The position numbers and the translations under genes were made by a program. A stretch of 64,000 bases of DNA from the human T2T-CHM13v2.0 reference genome, Homo sapiens: NCBI RefSeq assembly GCF_009914755.1, contig NC_060940.1. The stretch is one strand, 5' to 3'. Every line of letters begins with the position of its first letter. Positions within the stretch are counted from its first letter, which is position 1. Below, in pieces: positions 52,317-64,000 of the stretch. The notes beneath the pieces were generated by a model. The model had not been told where the DNA came from. It made no database searches and worked only from the letters and a program-made list of their open reading frames with translations.

Positions 52317-52810
52317 CACACACACACACACATATACTATGAATATATACATATATATATATATGGGGGGGCTGAGGTTGGGGGGATCGTTTGAGCTCAG
52401 GAGTTAAAGGATGCAGTGAGCTATGATTGTACCGCTGCACTCCAGCCTCAGTGACATAGTGAGAACCTGTCTCAAAAAAAACAAAAACAAAACAAAACAA
52501 AACAAAAAAAACAGGCCGGGTGCAGTGGCTCATGCCTGTAATCCCAATGCTTTGGGGGGCTGAGACAGGAGGATCGCTTGAGGCCAAGAGTTCAAGGCCA
52601 GCCTGGGCAACATAGTGAGACCACATCTCTACAAAAAATGAAAACAGTAATGGAGCATAGTGGTGAGCAACTGTAGTCCCAGCTACATGGGAGGCTGAGG
52701 CAGGAAAATCACTTGAGCCCAGGAGTTTGAGGCTGCAGTGAGCTATGATCATGCCACTGCACTCCTGAGTGTCACAGAAAGACCTTGTCTCAGACAACAA
52801 ACAAAGTAAA
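52128..52810 (+). mobile_element. Two AluJ (52128-52511 with a microsatellite in the linker; 52514-52810)
   Basis: Head-to-tail Alus; (TA)(TG)(CA) block at 52266-52365. Confidence 0.9.
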
Positions 52811-52849
52811 AACAATTCAGACATGAAGGAAATACGCAGTACTCATCCC

Positions 52850-53620
52850 ATACATTCATTTGTCCACTTGTTTATTTAACAACCTACTATGTGCCAGGTC
52901 CTGGGAAGACAGTGGTGAGCAAGACAGAGATGCTCTTGGGATTTACAATAGAGAGGAATAAACAGACACATCATTAAACTCATAATTAATCCTTTGTAAT
53001 ATGTGCCTGAAAGAGAAGCACAGGGTGTGGTGCTGTGAGGGCAGATTATTGGATGGCATCAGCCTGGGGACATATTTTTGGTAAGATCTGAAGCCCAGAT
53101 AGAAATTACTCAAATGCAGGATGGAGAGGGAGAAATAATTGAGGCTGAGGGTGCTCGTGCAAAGGCCCTGAGGCAGGAAAGATAAAACAAAGCCTGTGCA
53201 GCAGAAATTTGGTGAGAAAGATCTGGAGAGGGGCTGGGACCACATCACAGAGGATCTCGTAGGCCAGGTTAAGGACTTTTGTCACCATCCAACAAGAAGT
53301 TGCCCAAGATACCTGCAGACATATACAAAGGACAGTCTGATGTTCAGGGCACAGTTATAAAGCACCTACTGTGTATCAGATTGGGTGCAGGATATTTGGG
53401 ATTCAGTGGTGCTTATAGTCTAGGAAATAAGAAGTCAGAAAATAAACTAGGCAATAAATATAAACGAGATATTTCGCATACTCACGGATCATCGTAAGCT
53501 TAGCAAAGAAAGTGACTGGAGATGTTCAAGTGAGGTGAGGACCTGACGGCCCCGTGAAGGGCTGGGAGAAAGTGGTCCAGGCAGAAAGAGCATCAGCTGC
53601 AAAGGCCTGGCAGCCATAAG
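52850..53620 (-). mobile_element. L2 fragments
   Basis: cattcatt...acctactatgtgccagg; gcaaaggccctgaggcagga. Confidence 0.75.
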
Positions 53621-54086
53621 ACATGTACTCACCAGTGCACCCACACAGAGTCACATCCACAGGCGGGCATTGTGTGCCCATTTACATTCCTTGCTCTTCC
53701 AAAATGCGTCTGCGTCCACCTCTGATAACCTGGGATGCCCTCCACTCTCACCCCGACTTCATCACATACACACATACACCCTTTCGTAGGCTCACCCCAC
53801 TCAGAGACAGCCCCCGCCACACCCCCATCATATGGCAACTAGCAAAGATCCTAAGGGCTGAGTGGGCAGGGAGAATGGGGATCTGGGGGAGGAGACACCG
53901 CCCTGTTTCCCTTCTTCACCCAAGAAGCCTGGGGGCAGCTCAGATTCGAGCAGGGGTGGGGGAACCACCAGGATGTCCATGCAAGTTGGAGGGAGGCGTC
54001 CAGGTCTTTACCTTGCAGAACTAAATCCCAGTGTGGTGTTTGCTCAAAACGCCAGAACTATTCCTGGATGTCAGGTGCAGTTAATG

Positions 54087-54100
54087 GTTGCCGTGGCAAC
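54087..54100. promoter_or_regulatory. RFX X-box (GTTGCCGTGGCAAC)
   Basis: 13/14 match to the palindromic consensus GTTGCCATGGCAAC, in non-repeat DNA. Confidence 0.55.
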
Positions 54101-54581
54101 CACCCATGCTTAATGAATAGAAGAGAGTAAAAGATGCCCCGGATAAATGTCAGGGCCCGGGATGGATTTGCTTGGGAGCAAATCTGTTAGTGCTGGGCAG
54201 AGCTGACCAGCGAAGGTTGAAATGAGCAGTCCAGGGTAGCTGGAGACAGATCCAGGAGGCTCTCTTCTCTTTCTCAGCTTAACATAGTCAGAATGCTAAC
54301 GTTTCACAAAATGTCAAAAAGTGTGGCTCTTTATACAGACAGTTAAACATAGGCTCCAGTTTTGCAGGTTTGATTCTGCACATGTTTATGTAGTTTGCAG
54401 GGAACAGAAATCCAAGCCCAGGTCTCTCAGGAGTTGAGACGTCACTCTTTGTTTTTTTTCTTTAACTCTTCCTGCATTACCTTTTTTAATGAAGAAAGTG
54501 TCACATTAGGGTCAAAAATAATATTTTAAACTCTGAACCTCTACACATTATATTGTCATTGTGCTATTTACATGCTGCTTA

Positions 54582-54918
<337 letters not shown>

Positions 54919-55357
54919 AACAACTGGTAGTGTCTGGTAATGAGGCATAAGTTAAATGCCACGCAATGAGCATCCCTCACATCTGCTGGAGCATCCCAGT
55001 GACCATGTGCGTAGCTGCATTAGGGAACCATGTCAAACTCTGTTGGCCCATGAAAGTGAAGCCCAAGTCCAAGGTACAGACCAGCTCTGCACTCGCAGCT
55101 GCAGTCAAGGACTCAGGACTCACCATGGCTGTGATGCTTGCTTGTAGGGAGACCTCAGATCAGTCTCAGAAGGCCTCAATCCCAAATCTTCTAAGAGGAA
55201 ATAACCCTCCCCACAAACCTTCCACATCCCCAAACCTATCTTGCCTATCCTCCAGGCAGGGTCTCAAATACTCCCTGAGGGCAAGTTTTTTGTGAGGTTA
55301 TGACAATACTGTGTGTCCATCTGACGACAGAGGCTGGAGCACCTCCTGAGGTCACAG

Positions 55358-55540
55358 CACTGCTCTCAGCCTCTGCTATGCATCAGAATCTTGGAGAAAC
55401 CTGTTCAAAAACACAGGTTCTCAAAGCCTCTAATTCAGGGCATTGTGTAGGTAGGTGCCCAGGAATGCACTTGTTGGTTTGTTTTAAGAAGAGCCCAGGT
55501 GATTCTCATGCAAGTGGACTCAATTTTTCCAGGCACCTCT
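55358..55540. mobile_element. MER5-type MITE
   Basis: catcagaatc..ggag...ccaggaatgcac...ccaggtgattctcatgca. Confidence 0.65.
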
Positions 55541-56379
55541 GAAAGAGAGATGTCACCAGTTAAAAAGCAGCTAAGACCCAGGACACTTGTTCTCTTCAAC
55601 CCTTCTCCCCAGAAGCTCCAGAAGCCTCTGTGGTCTGGAAACAGGATGAGTTCTTCATGCTTTTGAATGCCTGCCAAGGTAGGGTTAAGAAGACTTTCAG
55701 ACACTCTAAACAGTGAAATGATCAGGGTGACCACCCTACCCTCACAGATCTCCAGTGTTAGTAATACTAAGCTGTTAAGTAAGGAAGATCAACACACATC
55801 TGGTTTTTTTCCATTGCATTTCAATGGTTTTTGTAAACATCAAATATCAAATAATTTATAGTTGTCATTCTCTCTGTCTCTCTCTCTCTCTGTACCCCTG
55901 CTTTGCTGGTACCCCAAACACATGACTATTCTACCTAATTGGTGACTCCTACAGCAGTGCCTACAAAGTTTCAAGGTACTGTGTTGGTGAACATGCCCTG
56001 TGGTCTAGGCTAGGAAGGGCTGGGCTCTTGGCTCTGAGGTCCAGGACTAACCAGAATCAAAACCCTCAATAACCAAATAATGAAGGACCAAGGAAAACAG
56101 TTCACTCTAAACCTCCCAAACACATTCAATGGGCCGATCAAGCAAAGAGCTCAAAACCAGGCTCTTTAGAAATGAAGCAAGCCTATTCATCATGTGCAGA
56201 AATGGACAGGTAGCAAGGACAGTCATTCCTCATTAAATTTCCCATACTCTGTTTTAAGGCAGTACCCTCTCTCGAAGAGGCATACCTCTGTGGACTCTGG
56301 CTTGATCACTGTTCCACCCCCATCACCAGTGGCTTCTCCAAAAGGCCCAAGGTCACTTTCAATGATTCCTCTAAGATGC

Positions 56380-57030
56380 ACTTTCATTCCTGCTCCTCCA
56401 CAAGTTCCTAGCATGCAAAGAGATTTCTTACACTGTAAATCAGATTGTGTTTCTCATGTGCTGAAAACCCTCCAAAGCCTGGACCATACATGCTCCTTTT
56501 CAGTTCTGGACCCTGGCCTGTAAGAAGCTCGGTGATGTGTGCCTGCTCCTTCATGGGCCTGATCTCATCCCACTTTCCCCCTCACTCATTCTGCTCCAGT
56601 TGCCCTGAGCTTGTCTTGGTTCTAGAAACACACTAAAGTGCCATACTTCCCCAAGGCCTTGGCACTTGCAGTTTCCTCTGCCTGGAAGGCTCTTCCCTCA
56701 AATCTTCCCATGGGTGGCTTCCTCTTGTCACTCAGGTTGACTGCTCAGATAGGCCCTTTCTGTCCACCCAATCTCACGACTGTCCTCCCCCACCCCAATC
56801 ACATTCTCTCCAGGGTTTATTATTTTCATGGAACTTACCACTGAAATTATCTTTTCCTTTTTAGTGATGCATTTGTTTCATTTATTTCTTTGTTTACGCT
56901 AGATCTCTCTCTGGTAGAATATAACAGCCTGGTCTATTTTGTTCACTGATAAATTTCAAGTGCTGGAAACAGTGCTTAACACAAGCAACCTAGGTGCCTC
57001 TCCAGATATCTATTGAACAAAAGAATGAAT
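56380..57030 (+). mobile_element. L2 3' region
   Basis: ggccttggcacttgcagtttcctctgcctggaaggctcttccc. Confidence 0.8.
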
Positions 57031-57033
57031 CAG

Positions 57034-57333
57034 GGACCGGGTGCAATGGCTCATGCCTATAATTGCAGCATTTTGGGAGGCTAAGGTGGCAGACCAATTG
57101 AGGCCAGAAGTTTGAGACCAACTGGACAACATAGTGAGACTCCATCTCTACAAAAGTAAAATAAAAAGATTAGCCAAGGGCGATGACATGCACCTGCAGC
57201 TCCAGCTACTTGGTAGGCTGCAGTGGGAGGATCACCTGAGCCTGGGAGATTGGAGCTGCAGTGAGCCATGATTGTGCCACTGCCCTTCAGCCTGGGCAAC
57301 AGAGCAAGACCCTGTCTCAAAAAAAAAAAAAAA
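57034..57333 (+). mobile_element. AluJ
   Basis: Full Alu in an L2 tail. Confidence 0.9.
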
Positions 57334-58436
57334 AGAATGAGAAAAGAATAAATCAGGATGTGCATCAACCACAGTTCTTTACACCAGAAGAAAATGTTTA
57401 TTTCTCAGTAACTGACTCGTTGTTCTCTTATTAGAAGCGGTAATTTGTAATTGCTATACCCTAAGTGCTTCATCTTGATCAGGGGCCAAGCTCAGCTCAG
57501 GGTCCTTGTTACTATGAATTCAATATCCAAATCCCTGTGTGCGCAAGGTTGCACGGACAGGCAAGTAAACTCTGTCTTAATATGAATATGTGCATTCATG
57601 ACCGGACCAGTTATAAAATCATTCCCTACACAGGCACCCCCTCCCTACTCCACTCCACACCCCTGCCCCATTTAACACTCTGCAATTCGCGGTTTTTGTC
57701 TGACAGCCTGGTTCTGATTGCCAGCTCTTGTCAACACGTGACAAAACAACGAAAATAGGAGGCAAAACGTGATGTGTTAACCACGGGTAGACAAGAGCCT
57801 GCTGGAGGGACACAAGCTAACAATGGAAGAAGAGAAAATTGACAAGAATGATGATGTGATAGACACATCCAATGATTTGAATATCAAAGGATTAACAGGA
57901 GCCCTTAGGAAAACTGATGACAGGCTCAAATATTGCTTGCAAAAATGACCCATTTTATGATCCTGCTGTGAAAGTCAAACTTTATGATCTTGTCAGGGAA
58001 GGGAAAGATTTCATACTGGACTACCACGCAATTTTATCAGAAAAATTATGCATGCCCCAACCCTGCCACTCCGAAATCAACAAAGCTTACTTTTTTTGTT
58101 TACCCTAGTACATAGTTAAAGAAGATCAGAAAAAAATCAGCATGTTTTCCTGAATTATAATTTCATTTTCAGATAAAGTTGGAAGCATGTTTTCGGACTT
58201 GATTGTTTACTATGAATAGGAGGCCCTGGGTTTTTTTTCTTTTATTTTATTCTCTTAAAAAAATTTTCAAAGTGTTACAGGTCTCATTGTCACCACTGCA
58301 ATACATATACTCTTATGGAAGCATAACCTGTGTTTCAATTTAGCCACTTACAATTTTCAGACACCATGATCGACAGTGCCCATTCTCATCTAGAAAGAGG
58401 CTTTAGTCCCTATTTTTGAGTGGACTCACCTGAAGG

Positions 58437-58853
<417 letters not shown>

Positions 58854-59992
58854 TTGTAAGGCATCCTTATTCTCAGATAATAAAGATCTGTTGTAACAAC
58901 AGGGGCCCAAACATTCTTAATCAAGGGCTTAACCCAAGTACTCAGGAAGCATAAACACAAATGATATTTGCTCTTCCTTCCTGATATCATAAAGCAAAAA
59001 TCTTCACAAAAGAGTTCTAGCAAAAGACCTACAACGCTGGACCCTAGGTTCCTGTTGGCCTCTGTTTTGAGCTCTAAGCTGGGCTTTTGGGGGCCTGGAA
59101 TGTGGTTGCACTGGCTGGACTCATGCTGAGATGGATGTCAAGCTCTGGCTACAGAATTGGCCCTGTTTATGGGTTGGAGCAGGTTCCAGGCACTGTGGCT
59201 GGGCTAGGTGGGCTGGTGAGGAGTGCCAGCCCTCACTCTGAGCACATCATGACTGTCCAGAGCCTGCTCTGAAGTGATGTCTCTCTGTTAGATTCGTGGA
59301 TTCACAGCCACCAAAATCTGCCCCAGGACCCTCCGTGTGGGCTGTGCAGAGGAGATGGATGTGAGAAGACCATCAAGAGGCTCTACTGATATCCTCTCCT
59401 TCCACTGGAGGGGGGACATCCTGGGGAAACCTGTCTCCACTCCCCATTTAGGATCTCCCTTCAGGACTGCAAACTTGGAAAGATTGGGCCTTGGATGATA
59501 GTCTCACTTCCCCAGGCCTCTCTGCTCTGGATCCAGTATTTCTTGACTTGAAGTCAGATCCACTAAATTCAGAGCTGTCTTTGAATGACCCAGAAAGCTC
59601 TGTCTGGCCTTTGGCCAAAATTGGCATGGCAGGTTGGTCTAGGTCTATTCCCTCCCGGGAGTGATGGTTCCTGGGGCTCCTTGCCTGGGTTAGCGCTCTG
59701 TGAGAATACACACGCATGCATGCACCCACATGCACAGGTCTGCACATGTGTACCCATGTCTGGGTGAGGGCAGGATGAAGAAGGCCATACCCTCCAATTT
59801 CCCATTGGTTTCCTCTCACCCCCATGCCCAAAATAGAGATAATGATATTAATAACTGCCCCCTGTTAACCCTCTTCCCAGTGCTTGGCACTATGTTAGTG
59901 CTATTTAGAGGATTTTGCAAGAGCTCAGGGTCTAGGGTTAGACAGACCTTGGTTTTATGACTCAGCTTCCCCTTCTATAAAAGTATTTATTG

Positions 59993-60315
59993 GGCCAGGC
60001 ACAGTGGCTCACACCTGTAATCCCAGCGCTTTGGGAGGCTGAGGCAGGCAGATCACCTGAGGTCAGGAGTTCAAGACCAGCCTGGCCAACATGGTGAAAC
60101 GCTGTCTGTACTAAAAATATAAAAATTAGCTGGGCGTGGTGGCGGGCACCTGTAATCTCAGCTACTCAGGAGGCTGAGGCATGAGAATCGCTTGAACCTG
60201 GGAGGCAGAAGTTGCAGTGAGCCAAGATCGCGCCACTGCACTCCATTCTGGATAACAGAGCAAGACTCCATCTCAAATACATACATACATACATACATAC
60301 ATAAAATAAAATAAA
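59993..60315 (+). mobile_element. AluS with an (ATAC)n tail
   Basis: TSD approx. tatttattg. Confidence 0.95.
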
Positions 60316-60650
60316 CATATTTATTGAATGGACATCCACATACATACTTCCCATGTGCTAAGCATTGCTCTAATGCACTTGACGAACACTGACTTTTCTA
60401 TTCCTACTGTTACTCTCAGCTTTCAAAGGAGGAAACTGAGGCACTTTTAAGTTAAGCAACTTGCAGAGCTGGGATTCAAACCCGCTCATTCTGGCTCCAA
60501 AATCCATGCTCCTCAGCTCATCCTATGACCAACAATAGTGCCTGCTTCATGGGATTGTGAGGAATACCCAAAGAGCCCTTACCCAAGGCCTGACAGAGCA
60601 CATCTCAACAAACATGGATACTATGATGATTTCTTTTGAAACCCCCAACA

Positions 60651-61427
<777 letters not shown>

Positions 61428-61519
61428 AATCATTAACATTTTCTAACTGAGGAGATCAAGTCCAGGCACTGTGACTCATACCTATAATCCTAGTATAGGT
61501 ATGATCCTGGGAAGAAAGA

Positions 61520-62023
61520 GAACAAGAGAGCTCTCTGGAGTTTCTTTTATAAGGACACTAATCCCATTCATGAGGGCCCCACCCTCGTGACCTAATTATG
61601 TCCCAGCAGGCCCCACTCCTAATACCATCATTGTAGGCATTAGGATTTTCTTTTTTGTTGTTGTTGTTGTTTTGTTTTGTTTTGTTATATAGAGTCTTCC
61701 TCTGTCACCTAAGCTGGAGTGTAGTGGTGTGATCATAGCTCACTGCAGCCTCAATCTCCCAGACGCAAGTGATCCTCCCACCTTGGCTTTCTGAGCATCT
61801 GGGACTCTAGGTGTGTGCCACCATGTCCAGTTAATTTCTAAACTTTTTGTAGAGAGGGGTCTTGCCATGTTGCTTAGGCTAGTCTTGAACTCCTGGGCTC
61901 AATAGATCCTCCTGCCTTGGCCTCCAAAAGTGCTGGGATTACAGGTGTGAGCCACCATGCCCTGCAGGCATTAGGATTTCAAGATAGGAATCTTGAGAGG
62001 ACGTGAGCATTCAGTCCATTGCA
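61520..62023. mobile_element. MST/MLT1A-type MaLR LTR fragment split by AluJ (-, 61648-61965)
   Basis: ttataaggacactaatcccattcatgagggc...taataccatca; Alu TSD ggcattaggattt. Confidence 0.75.
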
Positions 62024-62385
62024 CAAGGCCATACAAGTAGTAACTTAGTGGCTGGCCAAGGATTCAAACTGAAAGCTTGCGTTCCTACCAGTATACCACA
62101 CTACCCCTCTAGAGGTCAGATAGGCACCTGCTGAAGAAGAAGCAGCCGATTTCTCCCCCAGATTGCAACCATCTGACTTACTTGTAAAAATCCACAGACA
62201 AGCAGCCTTATACCCCTTTGTGATTGCTGGTGACCACTTCCCAGGATCAGGCTGGGGCCCACGCTGCTGAGATCTGAAAGGAAACACTCAAAATAGGGAC
62301 TCTGAGCCCCTTTTCAGCTCAAGTACCTGGGAAGCACCACTTTCTCCAGAGACAGATGACAAGGGCTTTAAGAGTTAAACATACA

Positions 62386-62527
62386 GGCCAGGTCCATGGT
62401 GGCTCACATCTGTAATCCCAGCTCTTAGGGAGGCAGAGGCAGGAGGATAGCTTGAGCTCAAGAGTTTGAGACCTGCCTGGGCAATGTAGTGAGATCCCAT
62501 TGTTAATAATAATAATAATAATAATAA
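62386..62527 (+). mobile_element. FLAM_C with an (AAT)n tail
   Basis: TSD agttaaa(c/a)ataca. Confidence 0.85.
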
Positions 62528-62697
62528 TTTTTAAATTAAAAAATAGTTAAAAATACAAACATCCCATTTCTAGATTCCCTCCCCATTCCTGCATGTTTGG
62601 AAGCCACCCAGAACCAAGTCAGTTCTTTCAGTTACCCCAAATCTGGTGGTCTCAAGGTTACTCCCTACCCTAAGAAAGAGTTGGGGCTGACCTTGGT

Positions 62698-62759
62698 CCA
62701 TGTCCATGTGCAACTCAACCTCCTAGATTTTCCAGAGGTTGAGTTGCACATGGACATGG
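62698..62759. repeat. Perfect inverted repeat, 25-bp arms and 12-nt loop
   Basis: ccatgtccatgtgcaactcaacctc / gaggttgagttgcacatggacatgg. Confidence 0.97.
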
Positions 62760-62788
62760 GCAACTGAAGGGACATGGAGAGCTAAAGG

Positions 62789-62917
62789 GACAGCTAGAAG
62801 GGCAGCTGATGGACCCAGTGATCCCTGTGCTGAAAAGACAGCTGGAAGGGCAGCTGATGGACCCAGTGATCCCTGTGCTGAAAAGACAGCTGGAAGGGCA
62901 GCTGATGGACCCAGTGA
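62789..62917. repeat. 48-bp tandem repeat, ~2.7 copies
   Basis: Units start at 62789, 62837 and 62885, with one mismatch overall. Confidence 0.97.
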
Positions 62918-62929
62918 AACCACCGCAAT

Positions 62930-63880
<951 letters not shown>

Positions 63881-64000
63881 ACTCCACGTGCAGTTAACAA
63901 AAATTATTCTGCTGAGTTATCAGGTGAGAGAATTTTTGGTGGTGGGGAAAGCACTTTTAATCCCTCCATACTGTTTTAATTCTCTATGTACATCTATTCT

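Noticed and set aside
59400-59420. CTCF-like motif ccactggagggggg (and a similar one at ~43720)
   Set aside because: Only partial matches to the core; not supportable without scoring or ChIP data.
62789-62917. 48-bp repeats as a CRISPR-like array or a repeat-protein ORF
   Set aside because: The units are contiguous with no unique spacers, the context is eukaryotic, and the open frame follows trivially from a unit length divisible by 3.

Overview
Human-like (hominin) non-coding genomic DNA. It is very rich in Alu, MIR and L2 repeats and also holds old L1M/L1MC, one L1PA 3' end, a CR1/L3 fossil, solo LTRs (MLT1, LTR16, MER67-like, MST/MLT1A) and DNA transposons (Charlie1, MER20, MER5, MER45A, MER102, MER44/Tigger7). 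An element with all five AluYa5 diagnostics (40795-41096) points to Homo sapiens. I found no protein-coding exon, RNA gene or processed pseudogene. The ORF track consists of Alu and simple-repeat read-throughs and short chance ORFs, and I cannot name the locus. I did not find a convincing new multi-gene system. The most unusual signals are: (1) a 139-bp inverted copy of nearby genomic sequence inside an Alu (60799-60937 = reverse complement of 59915-60053); (2) a perfect 25-bp-stem hairpin next to a 48-bp E-box-rich tandem repeat (62698-62917); (3) the young AluYa5; (4) candidate enhancers, including a palindromic RFX X-box at 54087 and a repeat-free, motif-dense block at 57360-58430. Repeat subfamilies were called by eye from remembered consensus sequences, and boundaries of old elements are approximate.
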